A stretch of 53,362 bases of DNA. Origin: a virus. The stretch lies in IMG/VR virus record IMGVR_UViG_3300045988_073284. One strand, 5' to 3'. The first letter of the stretch is position 1; every line of letters starts with the position of its first letter. The position numbers were made by a program, and so were the translations under genes. Below, piece by piece: positions 34,241 to 43,937 of the stretch. The notes beneath the pieces were generated by a model that saw only the letters and a program-made list of their open reading frames with translations, was not told the DNA's origin and did no database searches.

Positions 34241-34585
34241 ATGAAAGCAAGAACAGCAAAAAAGATCATCAAGATCTGGTGTGAAAGCACCGATAAGCGT
34301 TTCTTTGAGGAAGATGGTGGTATAAAGGAGGATAAGGTTTCCTTCTTTGCGCACCTCTACAGAAAGGCTACTTTGAAAGACAATAAGATGAACTATCCTG
34401 GTTCTAACGTGAGCTTGATGTATGCGATCAGAAGAAACCACAAGTCTTGTGGATGCTGCACCAGGTTCAAGCATGAAGATGCCTATGGCAACGGATGGTG
34501 TTCTAAGCTCAATGTGGCTAAGGAATGCGGTGACTGGTGTGAAGGAAAGTTCTTCATCAAAAAGAAAACATTACGTTTAATTTAA
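34241..34585 (+). CDS. Hypothetical Cys/His-rich protein
   Basis: 114 aa; HKSCGCCTRFKHEDAYGNGWCSKLNVAKECGDWCEG suggests metal binding. Confidence 0.5.
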   Translation: MKARTAKKIIKIWCESTDKRFFEEDGGIKEDKVSFFAHLYRKATLKDNKMNYPGSNVSLMYAIRRNHKSCGCCTRFKHEDAYGNGWCSKLNVAKECGDWCEGKFFIKKKTLRLI

Positions 34586-34598
34586 TTGATTTATAGTT

Positions 34599-34988
34599 AT
34601 GAAACACAATGAGTATGGCAATGCTGCCGATATTGTAGGTATGGTATCAAGCGTTCTGGGTACGATGGAAAAGAAGATCTCAGAACAGAATAAGAAGGTT
34701 GAAGCGTATGAGAAGGCATGGAAGAAGAAAAACCCTCTCTGGAGAAACTTCTGTAAGGTAAACAAAGGCGAACAGCCTATAGAGGTGGCTGAGGATTTTG
34801 CTTGCCACGTGATCGCCCAGGTTCTGGCTAAGAAGATAGCTGGTAAGTCTCACGATGAGATCAAGACTATCTACAGCGAAATGAACGACAAGATCATCAA
34901 GGAGGTTCTGGAGTTCAATGATGTGTATGCCTATATGCTGGCTATGGGAATGGCTGCATCCAGAGAGAAGGAAGGAGGCGATCAATGA
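34599..34988 (+). CDS. Hypothetical protein
   Basis: 129-aa ORF whose stop overlaps the next start. Confidence 0.5.
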   Translation: MKHNEYGNAADIVGMVSSVLGTMEKKISEQNKKVEAYEKAWKKKNPLWRNFCKVNKGEQPIEVAEDFACHVIAQVLAKKIAGKSHDEIKTIYSEMNDKIIKEVLEFNDVYAYMLAMGMAASREKEGGDQ

Positions 34989-35440
34989 ACTATGATGATT
35001 TCCTGGCAGCAGAGAAGGGCAAGGCTTACACCAAGTGTATAGGCATAGATACAGGTGTGAACACTGGCATAGCGATCTGGAATAAGGTTAAGAAGAAATT
35101 CGATCTGGTCAGCAAGGTTATGATCCACCAGGCTCTGGAGATCGTGGCAGACCAGGCAAAACGTGATCATGTTTGTGTGTTTGTTGAGGATGCAAGGCAG
35201 CGCAAATGGTACAATGATGCTGGCAAGAGCAGAGATAAGCTACAGGGAGCTGGATCAATTAAGCGAGACTGTAAGATCTGGGAGGACTTTCTGAGAGACA
35301 AGGGCATTCCCTTCAAGCTGATTGCACCAAAGAATAACACTACCAAGCTCAGTGCTCCAGCCTTCAAGTCGATAACTGGATATACAGGAAGAACTTGCGA
35401 ACACTCCAGGGATGCGGCTATGATGGTTTATGGCAGATAA
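34985..35440 (+). CDS. RuvC-like Holliday junction resolvase
   Basis: The motifs CIGIDTGVNTGIAIW (first catalytic Asp motif) and ...CEHSRDAAMMV (C-terminal acidic motif) fit this family. 151 aa; last gene of the early operon. Confidence 0.65.
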   Translation: MNYDDFLAAEKGKAYTKCIGIDTGVNTGIAIWNKVKKKFDLVSKVMIHQALEIVADQAKRDHVCVFVEDARQRKWYNDAGKSRDKLQGAGSIKRDCKIWEDFLRDKGIPFKLIAPKNNTTKLSAPAFKSITGYTGRTCEHSRDAAMMVYGR

Positions 35441-35457
35441 TATAATATATATTAAAA

Positions 35458-35476
35458 ATGCGTATGTAATACGCAT
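35458..35476. promoter_or_regulatory. Palindrome atgcgtat-gta-atacgcat (second copy of the shared motif)
   Basis: Perfect 8-3-8 palindrome with arms identical to those of 13355..13373. No T run follows on the plus strand. Confidence 0.5.
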
Positions 35477-35493
35477 ATATCGGATAATTTTTG

Positions 35494-35501
35494 TATATTT
35501 G
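35494..35501 (+). promoter_or_regulatory. TAnnTTTG -7 box (tatatttg)
   Basis: Exact consensus match 24 nt upstream of ATG 35525. The surrounding ttttgtatatttgca is shared with the 13380 site. Confidence 0.45.
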
Positions 35502-35524
35502 CAACGGAATAAATACGTATAATT

Positions 35525-35962
35525 ATGTGCTCATTTTCTATCATATTATGTTTAATAGTTGGACTTCTGGTCAGCACCTCACTCTATCTGTGGGGTGCTC
35601 TCCTGGTTGTCTGGCTCTTTCCACGATCTTACGCTAAGGAAGGCGATAAGATCCACATTTACATTAACGGCTCTTACAACCGTACAGCTACCATCAACAA
35701 GATAGCCTCTGATCGCTTCTACATCTACGAGAAGGTTAAGATCCCAGTCGGATATAGAGGAAGGTTCTTTGCTATCACCAGAGAGGACAACGTGAAGCTG
35801 GTTTACATCAAGAACCGCAAGCTATATCGTCTGATCCCTATCTATCTGTTTGCAAAGTGGATGTTTGCTATCCCAGACGATGAGCATCAGCTTCCAGAGA
35901 GTGAGAGTTTCAAGGATCCAGAAGATTCTGGTGATGATGAGGATGATAAATCTGATAAATGA
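35525..35962 (+). CDS. Membrane protein with acidic C-terminus
   Basis: 145 aa. The N-terminus CSFSIILCLIVGLLVSTSLYLWGALLVVWLF is hydrophobic and the C-terminus is DSGDDEDDKSDK. Confidence 0.5.
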   Translation: MCSFSIILCLIVGLLVSTSLYLWGALLVVWLFPRSYAKEGDKIHIYINGSYNRTATINKIASDRFYIYEKVKIPVGYRGRFFAITREDNVKLVYIKNRKLYRLIPIYLFAKWMFAIPDDEHQLPESESFKDPEDSGDDEDDKSDK

Positions 35963-37062
35963 TGGTTACAAGTGAACTTACATACATTAAGCTGAGCGAG
36001 GTTTCCCTTCTTCCTTACAACCCACGTAAGATCAAGAAGGCAGACTTTGATCGGCTTGTTGATAGCATAAAGATAAATGGTTTCTGGAAGCACCGTCCTC
36101 TGGCTATAGAGGTACAGGATGGCAAGAACTATGTTCTTTGCGGAAACCAGAGAGTGAAGGCTGCAAAGAAGCTCAAACTTAAGGAGGTTCCAGCCGTTTT
36201 CTACTCTGAGCTAACAGATGATGAGCGAGTTGATCTTATTACCAGGGATAATATCTCAAATGGGGAATGGGATCAGACCGTTCTAGATACGGATCCACAC
36301 TTCCAGGATCTTGATTTTGAGTTTATGGGCTTGATCCTTCCAGGTACGGATGATGATCAACCAAAGAAAAAGAAGGGCAAGAAGAAACAGGAGGCTGAGA
36401 CCGACCCAGAAGGATCTGGTGAGGATCCAGAGGAAGAAGATTTCCCAGATGAGCCTACACAGGAACAGAAGATGCTGGATGATGTTCTTTTCCCTTCTAA
36501 CAACCAGTTCGAGATCCCTACTCTGTTGAAGGAAATGGAGGCTGGAAGGGTGGTTCTTCCAATAACACCATGGGGAGCGAACAGCAGACTGAGGAAAGAC
36601 GTGAACACATATCACTTCTATGTGGATGATTACAGGTTCGAGAAACTTTTCAAGGATCCGACAAACCTCATTAACTCTGGAGTTCAGTCTATAGTGGAAC
36701 CTAACTGTAGCTGTCACGATCAAACACCGATCGCCTATGGTATCTCTCTGATCTACAAGAAACGCTGGCTGGCTCGTTACTGCCAGGAGCTGGGTATCAA
36801 GGTTTACGCAGATCTGAATGTGGCTCACAAGTTTATCGAGTACAATATGCTAGGTATTCCAGACGGATATAACGCATTTTTCACCAGGGGATGCGATGGA
36901 TGGATGGAAAGCCTTAAGAGCGATCTGGAGGTGGCACAGCGTATTTCTGGGCTGGAGGTTCCAAACCTGGTGGTTTATGGAGGTGGTACAGAGATCCAGG
37001 AGTTCTGCCAGAAGAAAGGCATCCTCTATCTCTCTGATTTTATCAACGCAAAGAAAATATAA
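35959..37062 (+). CDS. ParB-like nuclease-domain protein with unrelated C-terminal domain
   Basis: The N-terminus LLPYNPRKI...VLCGNQRVKAAKKL has ParB N-domain motifs. An acidic linker follows, then a ~190-aa C-terminal domain (possibly DUF4417-like, from memory). No methyltransferase motifs (DPPY/NPPY) were seen. Confidence 0.6.
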   Translation: MMVTSELTYIKLSEVSLLPYNPRKIKKADFDRLVDSIKINGFWKHRPLAIEVQDGKNYVLCGNQRVKAAKKLKLKEVPAVFYSELTDDERVDLITRDNISNGEWDQTVLDTDPHFQDLDFEFMGLILPGTDDDQPKKKKGKKKQEAETDPEGSGEDPEEEDFPDEPTQEQKMLDDVLFPSNNQFEIPTLLKEMEAGRVVLPITPWGANSRLRKDVNTYHFYVDDYRFEKLFKDPTNLINSGVQSIVEPNCSCHDQTPIAYGISLIYKKRWLARYCQELGIKVYADLNVAHKFIEYNMLGIPDGYNAFFTRGCDGWMESLKSDLEVAQRISGLEVPNLVVYGGGTEIQEFCQKKGILYLSDFINAKKI

Positions 37063-37083
37063 ACTATAAAAATTCGTTTAAAT

Positions 37084-37698
37084 ATGGGAAGAAACAGTGG
37101 CGGTGTTACCTCTGGAGGAACACCAAAAGGCAGAGGCGATGTAAACTACAAGGGAAAGATCACTGGCTTACGTGATCTTGTTACCGTTAAGGACAAAGCC
37201 GTATATAAGGAGTTGAAGGAAGGCATTTCTAGGTATCACACCATGTTAGGTGTTCGCCAGAAGGATGTTCGTGTGGGCACAATGGAAAATGGAGTTCTGG
37301 GTGTTCACGCTACAATCGGAGGCAAGAGCGGTCAGATCATCCTTAACTCTAAGTATTTCGATCTTCCAAAAGCTAAGATCGAGACAATGCAAAGGCAAGG
37401 CATGAAGGATGGCTGGCACACCAAGACCAAAAAGCCAGTTCAGCATACCGTGATCCATGAGCTTGCACACGCTACCTGGAACAATCACCTGGACAGCGCA
37501 AATGCCAAGGATGCAACACCAGCGGTGAAGAAGCTCTACAATGCCTGGACACGTGATCGCAAGAAAAAGGGCTATGGTCAGTATGCCAAGACCAACATCA
37601 ATGAGTTCTGGGCTGAAACCTCAGCTAAGGCAGTACGTGGAGACCAGGACAGATATACACGTGCTGTGAGGGGCATCATCAAGAAATACAAGCTCTAA
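37084..37698 (+). CDS. Zincin-like metallopeptidase-motif protein (HExxH)
   Basis: VIHELAHATW (HExxH) with a downstream NEFWAETS that could supply the third ligand. 204 aa with a basic N-terminus. Confidence 0.45.
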   Translation: MGRNSGGVTSGGTPKGRGDVNYKGKITGLRDLVTVKDKAVYKELKEGISRYHTMLGVRQKDVRVGTMENGVLGVHATIGGKSGQIILNSKYFDLPKAKIETMQRQGMKDGWHTKTKKPVQHTVIHELAHATWNNHLDSANAKDATPAVKKLYNAWTRDRKKKGYGQYAKTNINEFWAETSAKAVRGDQDRYTRAVRGIIKKYKL

Positions 37699-37753
37699 CC
37701 AAAGGGCAACGAGATAGAATATTCCAGTAACAAACAACAAAAAGCAAGAAATT

Positions 37754-37984
37754 ATGAAAAAGATTCAATTAACAGAGGCAGAGATCAAGACGATCGAGGC
37801 TTACAAGAATGACGAGATCAACACTTATTCACCAGAAAATCCAGAGGATCAGAAGAACCTGGATAGCGTGATTAACAAGGCTGAGGAACTTCTGGATGAA
37901 TATCCAGATGATGAGTTTGATGATCTGGTGCTGTGGGTATATGACAAGTACAACCAGCAACAGAAGGCAGAGGCAGCTAAATAG
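37754..37984 (+). CDS. Small acidic hypothetical protein
   Basis: 76-aa ORF. Confidence 0.45.
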   Translation: MKKIQLTEAEIKTIEAYKNDEINTYSPENPEDQKNLDSVINKAEELLDEYPDDEFDDLVLWVYDKYNQQQKAEAAK

Positions 37985-38012
37985 TGTGCCATTTTACTTT
38001 TATATAAATCCA

Positions 38013-38054
38013 GGAAATCTGATGTGTATTTTGCTACTATCAGATTTTCTTTTT
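38013..38054 (+). terminator. Hairpin plus T run
   Basis: ggaaatctgat (38013..38023) pairs with atcagattttc (38039..38049) to give an 11-bp stem with one G-U. The loop is 15 nt and is followed by ttttt. Confidence 0.45.
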
Positions 38055-38125
38055 ATGGGTAAGGTGTGTATTTGGTACACATTTGTCCTAAAAAACGAGA
38101 CGATGGCAAAACGACATTAAAGGTT

Positions 38126-38641
38126 ATGGGAAGAATACAGAAAGGCGAACATAGGGGAAAGGAGTTTTCATCCGACTACCAGCCTAAGAACAGGCGCAAA
38201 CCAAAGATCTTCACTGTGCTCAAAAAGGAGTACGGTGTGGACGTTTCTTCTTCTGTGCTGGGTGATCTGAGCCGTGAACAGATCTGTGACGTGATCAAGC
38301 TGGTACTTACTGGAGATCCCAGAAACACGATGATCCTTAACAATAAGATGGGACAGGATCTTAAGGAGATCCAGCAGAAACTTAAGGCTGGCGAGGTTCC
38401 ACCAGGGATCAAGGCATCTGATTCCGTGTGGCAGCTCTATCTTTCTCTTACCAGCGCAATAACCAAGGAAACGAATGCTGGAAAGAGCGACACGTTACGC
38501 TGGTGCATAGAATTTCTTTGGGGTAAGGCTACACAGCCTATTGATAACAACATCATCCAGGCGCAAGCATCCGATGATGATCTTTCAGATGAAGATATAC
38601 AGGCAGAGATCGACAAGATCGACACCGATTTAAATAGTTAG
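38126..38641 (+). CDS. Terminase small subunit candidate
   Basis: Internal ATG of track ORF 38066..38641. The N-terminus GKEFSSDYQPKNRRKPK resembles the F..G.SGNP.GRPKG-type N-termini seen in small terminase / DUF5681-like proteins. It lies directly upstream of terL. Confidence 0.4.
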   Translation: MGRIQKGEHRGKEFSSDYQPKNRRKPKIFTVLKKEYGVDVSSSVLGDLSREQICDVIKLVLTGDPRNTMILNNKMGQDLKEIQQKLKAGEVPPGIKASDSVWQLYLSLTSAITKETNAGKSDTLRWCIEFLWGKATQPIDNNIIQAQASDDDLSDEDIQAEIDKIDTDLNS

Positions 38642-38645
38642 TAAT

Positions 38646-40100
38646 ATGGATAAGAAGGCAATGTTAAAAAGAAAGCTGGAGCTTAAGAGGCTCCAGTATA
38701 GGAGGGCTGCACAGGATAGGCTGGCGATCTTCCTTAACTATACTATGCCTTCCTACCAGAGGCAGTGGTTTCACACGCTTATAGCTGATAAGTGCCAGGC
38801 ACTCCTTGAAGGCAAGATCCAGAAGCTGATGATCTTTGTGCCACCTCAGCATGGAAAGAGTGAGATCGTATCACGTAGGTTTCCGGCCTGGGCATTTGGA
38901 AGGGATCCATCTTTGAAGATCGTGGAGTGTTCCTATAGTTCCACACTGGCAGAAAGTTTCTCCAGATCCATCCAGCTAACGATGGATAGCAAGGAATACC
39001 AGGAGCTGTTTCCAGATACCCAGATCCCGAAAAGAGGTGGTGGAGGTTTGAAGCGTGATGTGGACTACTTCGATACTCTCTCACGTGGCTTCTATAAGGC
39101 TGTGGGCGTTACTGGATCTTTGACTGGTACACCAGCCGATATAGCTATTATTGACGATCCTGTAAAGGATAAGATCGAGGCTTATTCTGATACGTACAGG
39201 CAGCGTGTCTGGGACTGGTACACGGACGTTCTTTCTACTCGTTTGCACAATGGATCCAAGCAGCTCCTTATTATGACCAGATGGCATGAAGATGATCTGG
39301 CTGGCAAGATCCTTAAGAAGGAACCTGGCGAATGGGAGGTTCTATCCATCCCAGCGATCAAGGAGGATGAACCAAGCCCAGAGGATCCACGTAAGCCAGG
39401 TGAAGCACTCTGGGAGGAAAGGCACTCTCTGGAGCGATTGAGGGCGATGGAAAGGAAATCACTCAGAACCTTCACAGCTCTCTATCAGCAGCATCCTTCT
39501 GTGGCTGGAGGTACGATCTGGAAGCGTGACTGGTTCCGTAAGATCTCAGTTCCAGAGTTCCTGGGCATCAAGAATAAGGATGTGATCATCCACTTCTTCA
39601 TGGATACAGCATACACCAAGAATACTGGGAATGACCCTTCTGGTCAGATTGCAGCGTGCCGCATAGGAAACTATATGTATATCACGGATGCTATTTCCGT
39701 ATATAAGAACTTTCCAGATCTGATCCGCTGGATCCCAGAATATGAGAAGGCGCATGGATACACGAAATCATCCACGATCAGAATAGAGCCTAAAGCAAAT
39801 GGTATCTCTGTAGTGGATCAGCTCCAGGATCAAACAGATCTGAATGTGGTGAAAACTCCTTCACCTGTTGATTCCAAGGAAGTGAGAGCGCAAGCTAACA
39901 GCGCAAAGATCGAGTGTGGACGTGTGTTCCTGGTAGAAGGCGAATGGAACGAGAACTATCTGGAGCAAGTCACCAAGTTCCCAGCTGTGGCACATGATGA
40001 GTGGGTCGATGTTACTAATTACGCAATAGACTATCTCATTAATGATGAGGTGGAGATACCAGATGATATAGAGGATCGTCTGCCAGTCTTAGATATATAA
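38646..40100 (+). CDS. terL: Terminase large subunit
   Basis: Walker A-like VPPQHGKSE and Walker B IAIIDDP, plus MTRWHEDDLAG, a signature of this terminase family. The C-terminal nuclease region contains acidic residues. Confidence 0.88.
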   Translation: MDKKAMLKRKLELKRLQYRRAAQDRLAIFLNYTMPSYQRQWFHTLIADKCQALLEGKIQKLMIFVPPQHGKSEIVSRRFPAWAFGRDPSLKIVECSYSSTLAESFSRSIQLTMDSKEYQELFPDTQIPKRGGGGLKRDVDYFDTLSRGFYKAVGVTGSLTGTPADIAIIDDPVKDKIEAYSDTYRQRVWDWYTDVLSTRLHNGSKQLLIMTRWHEDDLAGKILKKEPGEWEVLSIPAIKEDEPSPEDPRKPGEALWEERHSLERLRAMERKSLRTFTALYQQHPSVAGGTIWKRDWFRKISVPEFLGIKNKDVIIHFFMDTAYTKNTGNDPSGQIAACRIGNYMYITDAISVYKNFPDLIRWIPEYEKAHGYTKSSTIRIEPKANGISVVDQLQDQTDLNVVKTPSPVDSKEVRAQANSAKIECGRVFLVEGEWNENYLEQVTKFPAVAHDEWVDVTNYAIDYLINDEVEIPDDIEDRLPVLDI

Positions 40101-40116
40101 TCAAAATTACATAACT

Positions 40117-41541
40117 ATGGGTATTTTTTCAAGTATCACAAACAACATCAAGGCGGCTGTAGGCTACAAGCAGTCTTTCGATGAACTCCTGGAGGCTGGT
40201 GATATAACCAGAGCCGTAGGCTTAATGACCGACTGGAGCGAGGTAGCGGCAAAGAACCTCAAAGATTACAAGATCGGATCACACAAGATCATGGATCGCA
40301 AGGATAAAGCCGTATTTGACAAGAAGGGTAATTTCCTCAGATGGAGAAAACGCTGGAAGATCCCCCAGCCATACCAGGAGTATATCAACGAGGTATCCCT
40401 GGTTTTCCTCTATGGTAAGCCTGTGCTCTGGGCGCAATACACAGAGAACACAGATTTTGCCTTTGATGCTTATACCAAGCTGAATGAGGAATGCCGTTTT
40501 GATTCCATCATCCGAGAGGCGAAACGTGCCGCTGGTGCTGAGGGTACATCTGCCATCCTCTATCATGTGTATAAGGATCGTGAAGGTAAGCCAAGGCTCC
40601 TTCTTAAGTGCCTGTGCAAGGATGAGGATGATGAGATCTACACCATCAAGGATCAGTATGGAAGGCTTACGGCTTTCGCCTGGGGCTATTACGTTACTGA
40701 GGCTGGAGGGCACACCGTACATCATATAGACATCTACACAGACGATACGATCTATGAGTGCCAGAGAGGTTCAGTAGGCTGGAATGTGAACAAAAGAAAG
40801 AACCCGATCGGCAAGATCCCTGTGCTTCTTCTGGAGCAGAAACCAGAGGCAGCTTCAGTGCAGCCGATGATCGAGCGTGTCGAGAACATGGAGAGTGTTG
40901 ATGCTGATGTGTTGGATCGTTTTGCGAACCCAGCCCTGGTAGCAACAGCAGACATTCTGAATAACCTTCCAAAGGAAGAAGAAGAAGCGAAGCTCTTTGT
41001 GCTTAAGAACGGTGGTGAACTGAAATACTTATCCTGGGATCAAAGCTCTGATGCTAAGGAAAAGCAGTACCAGAGGCTTGATAACAAGATTATGAACTTC
41101 TCCTTCACACCTCAGATCAACCTGGATTCTATGAAGAACCTGGGCAACCTGTCAGCTAAGGCGATCGTGAAGGTGTTCCTCCTGGCAGAGGTGAAGGCAG
41201 AGCGACACAAGGAAAAGCACGATGGCTACATGAACCGTCACGCACACCTTATGCTAGCTATTCTCGCTAATGTGCTAGATTATGCTCATGCTGAGGAATA
41301 CAAGAAACTGGTGGTTACACATACCTTCCAGCAGCCATTTGGCGAGGATTCAAGCGATGTGCTTACAGATGTGCTTAAGATGTTCGGTGCTGGTGCTCTG
41401 TCACTCCAGACAACCCTGGAACTTTCCTACCTGGTTAAGAATGCAAAGAAGGAGCTGGGCTTGATCAAGGATGAGAGAGAGGAAAGTTTGAGGCAGCAAT
41501 CCGAAATGAACAGGCAAGACGTTTTCCAGCCAGCAGACTAA
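40117..41541 (+). CDS. Portal protein
   Basis: 474 aa, immediately after terL and before the Mu-F-like head morphogenesis gene. Size and order are typical of SPP1 gp6-type portals. Confidence 0.65.
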   Translation: MGIFSSITNNIKAAVGYKQSFDELLEAGDITRAVGLMTDWSEVAAKNLKDYKIGSHKIMDRKDKAVFDKKGNFLRWRKRWKIPQPYQEYINEVSLVFLYGKPVLWAQYTENTDFAFDAYTKLNEECRFDSIIREAKRAAGAEGTSAILYHVYKDREGKPRLLLKCLCKDEDDEIYTIKDQYGRLTAFAWGYYVTEAGGHTVHHIDIYTDDTIYECQRGSVGWNVNKRKNPIGKIPVLLLEQKPEAASVQPMIERVENMESVDADVLDRFANPALVATADILNNLPKEEEEAKLFVLKNGGELKYLSWDQSSDAKEKQYQRLDNKIMNFSFTPQINLDSMKNLGNLSAKAIVKVFLLAEVKAERHKEKHDGYMNRHAHLMLAILANVLDYAHAEEYKKLVVTHTFQQPFGEDSSDVLTDVLKMFGAGALSLQTTLELSYLVKNAKKELGLIKDEREESLRQQSEMNRQDVFQPAD

Positions 41542-41544
41542 AGG

Positions 41545-41727
41545 ATGGCAAAGAAGAAACCAGATGTGATCTTTAGCGATGTGCATTGCATAGACTGTGC
41601 CCATTGCTATGATCACCACGAAATGAGCGTTAAGGGAGTGCTCTTTATGGGTCGCTGTCCTTATCGTGAGTGGGCTGTTTTCCTTTTCCACGATTATTGC
41701 AATAACTTCAAAATGAAAAAGGCATGA
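41545..41727 (+). CDS. Small Cys/His-rich protein
   Basis: 60 aa; HCIDCAHCYDHHE...GRCPY. Confidence 0.4.
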   Translation: MAKKKPDVIFSDVHCIDCAHCYDHHEMSVKGVLFMGRCPYREWAVFLFHDYCNNFKMKKA

Positions 41728-42857
41728 AAATAGATTATGAACTTCTACATAGATCTATGATCGAGCGCACGAATACGTATGCCTCCAGGATCAAGACTAT
41801 CTACCAGGGAGCCTTTGATCGGATCATAGAGATCATCAAGGAGTGTGATCTGGAAGATGATAAGCCCTTCAACTTCACAGATTACGGATACAGCGAAGAT
41901 GTAACTCCAGTTTTCCGAAATATGTATTCCCAGCTATACCAGGAATACCGCAAGGATATTACCTTTGAGTTTAATAAGGCGAATAAGGATAATGACAACC
42001 TGGTTAAGGCGATCTTTGGAGCCAGATCTATAGAGGATAACCATTACGCTAAGTTCTTCCACCGAAACATGGAAGCTCTGGATGCCTTCTTCACCAGGAA
42101 GAATAACGGAATGAACCTGTCACAGCGAGTATGGATGTATGTGGGCTTATTCAAACAGGAACTCCAGGACACTATAGACCTGGCTCTGGGAGAAGGAACA
42201 GCAGCCAACAGTCTTGCAGCCAGGATCAAGCATCTTCTGAATGAGCCAGATCGGTTCTACAGGAGATTCCGAGTTAAGACTGGTGAGGATGAAAACGGAA
42301 ACCCGATCTATGGAAGGATCTGGAAAAGGCGCATCTATGACCGCAAGACTGGCTTGTATCAGTGGGTGAATGAGGATCCCAGAAAGTACCATCCTGGCAT
42401 GGGTGTGTATAGATCATCTGCCAGGAATGCCCAGAGACTTGCCAGAACAGAAACGAATATCGCCTACAGAACGGCTGATTACAACCGCTGGCAGACGTTT
42501 GATTTTGTTGTGGGCTGTGAGATCAAGGTGAGCAATAACCATCCATACCCAGATATATGTGATGATCTCGCTGGCTTCTATCCAAAAGATTTCAAGTGGA
42601 CTGGCTGGCATCCTAACTGTAGGTGTTACATGGTTCCAGTACTGGCGGCAGAATATGAGATCCAGGATATGATCGGTAAGCTCATGGATAACAAGAGTAG
42701 TAAGCTGGTCGATTCCGACAACGAGATCAAGAAAATGCCTCAGTGCTTCACTACCTGGCTTGATCAGAACTGGGAACGCTACCAGGCTTCAAAGAAGAAG
42801 GGAACGCTACCATACTGGATCAAGGATAATGAAAGATATTTCAAAAAGGCTTCTTAG
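41724..42857 (+). CDS. Head morphogenesis protein (Mu gpF / SPP1 gp7-like)
   Basis: 377 aa following the portal. The motif region ARNAQRLARTETNIAYRTADYNRW resembles the Mu F family. Confidence 0.6.
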   Translation: MKIDYELLHRSMIERTNTYASRIKTIYQGAFDRIIEIIKECDLEDDKPFNFTDYGYSEDVTPVFRNMYSQLYQEYRKDITFEFNKANKDNDNLVKAIFGARSIEDNHYAKFFHRNMEALDAFFTRKNNGMNLSQRVWMYVGLFKQELQDTIDLALGEGTAANSLAARIKHLLNEPDRFYRRFRVKTGEDENGNPIYGRIWKRRIYDRKTGLYQWVNEDPRKYHPGMGVYRSSARNAQRLARTETNIAYRTADYNRWQTFDFVVGCEIKVSNNHPYPDICDDLAGFYPKDFKWTGWHPNCRCYMVPVLAAEYEIQDMIGKLMDNKSSKLVDSDNEIKKMPQCFTTWLDQNWERYQASKKKGTLPYWIKDNERYFKKAS

Positions 42858-42930
42858 TTCTTAGTTTTTTCATACATAAATTTTAGTTAAACGTTATTTT
42901 GTTACTCTGTTGTGAAACATGGAAACAGAG

Positions 42931-42958
42931 AAAGGGATCTCATTTCTGGGATCCCTTT
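42931..42958. terminator. Bidirectional hairpin terminator between convergent operons
   Basis: aaagggatc (42931..42939) / gatcccttt (42950..42958): a perfect 9-bp stem with a 10-nt loop. A-rich before and T-rich after. Confidence 0.6.
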
Positions 42959-42984
42959 TATCATTTATGTAGCTCAGAGGATGG

Positions 42985-43218
42985 CTAAAGCCTTCCTCTC
43001 TTAGATTTCTTAGTGTGCAAGGTTCCACGCTTGATAGTGGCGAACCTGGATCTGTAGGTATTGCCTTTGAACCTTCCCCAGGTACTCTTTGCCTTCACTC
43101 CGATCACCTCTGTAGGGATCGTGTCGTAGATCGCTGATACCGATCCGAAATACCAGTCTTTTTCACCCAGGTAAGGCTGATCCAGATGAACGTGTATGAT
43201 GCTTCTTTCCTTTGCCAT
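42985..43218 (-). CDS. Small hypothetical protein with basic C-terminal tail
   Basis: 77 aa ending in HTKKSKRGRL. Last gene of the leftward block. Confidence 0.5.
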   Translation of the reverse strand: MAKERSIIHVHLDQPYLGEKDWYFGSVSAIYDTIPTEVIGVKAKSTWGRFKGNTYRSRFATIKRGTLHTKKSKRGRL

Positions 43219-43220
43219 AT

Positions 43221-43901
43221 TTAATCACAATTAAAATTCATATTGTCGATCTTGATACCGATCACCTTAACAGCCGTGTTGATGATCCTGGTGTGGATGG
43301 AGATCTTATAGTTACCAGCGATCTCCTGGAGTGCCTTGCATACAGCCAGAGCATCCTTATTGACGGTGCTGTGGTAAGGAGCGGACAAACGCATTCTGAT
43401 AAGCTGATCATAGTGCATTTCCTTTTCTCTCACATAGGTACACAGAGCCTGGCATATATATATATTCGTGAGCAAGTTGTATTCTTTTAGGTGTGGATAC
43501 TCCTTTTTCAGCTCAGAATTGATGCAGAAGTACAGCGTTTGAACATCATTACCAGCCTTACCCAGGAAGGCGCACACCTGGTTTTCCAGGCTGTTGATAA
43601 GATCTACCTTATCTCCACCTATGATGTTACGGATGTATTCATTAGTGTGTGCTCTGATCTCTCTCACAGGCTTCTTATAGTCAAGCTGTCTCTGGGCGCA
43701 TTCATTTGCTACAGCTGTGGCGAAACGGAATGCAGCCTGTGTCAGTACTATTGGAAGGTATGCGATTTTCAGAGCTTCCTCTGGTGTGAACTTACTGAGC
43801 ATTTCACTCAGTGTAAACTCTCTGGCTGGTAAAACCTCCTTCTGGAGCTTCTTGTTTACCAGGTTTGGCATCATGTAGCCGTTTGTATAATTGTCTTGCA
43901 T
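43221..43901 (-). CDS. Hypothetical protein
   Basis: 226-aa ORF; its stop lies 3 nt before the next start. No motif recognised. Confidence 0.55.
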   Translation of the reverse strand: MQDNYTNGYMMPNLVNKKLQKEVLPAREFTLSEMLSKFTPEEALKIAYLPIVLTQAAFRFATAVANECAQRQLDYKKPVREIRAHTNEYIRNIIGGDKVDLINSLENQVCAFLGKAGNDVQTLYFCINSELKKEYPHLKEYNLLTNIYICQALCTYVREKEMHYDQLIRMRLSAPYHSTVNKDALAVCKALQEIAGNYKISIHTRIINTAVKVIGIKIDNMNFNCD

Positions 43902-43937
43902 AACTCTATTTATTTAGTTCTATTACTTTAATATGGA

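Noticed and set aside
35959-37062. ParB-like protein plus the palindrome array as a plasmid-type partition system.
   Set aside because: No ParA/Walker ATPase partner was found, the ParB-like gene is 15 kb from the array, and its C-terminal domain is unlike centromere-binding ParBs. Mentioned only as an alternative under the palindrome finding.
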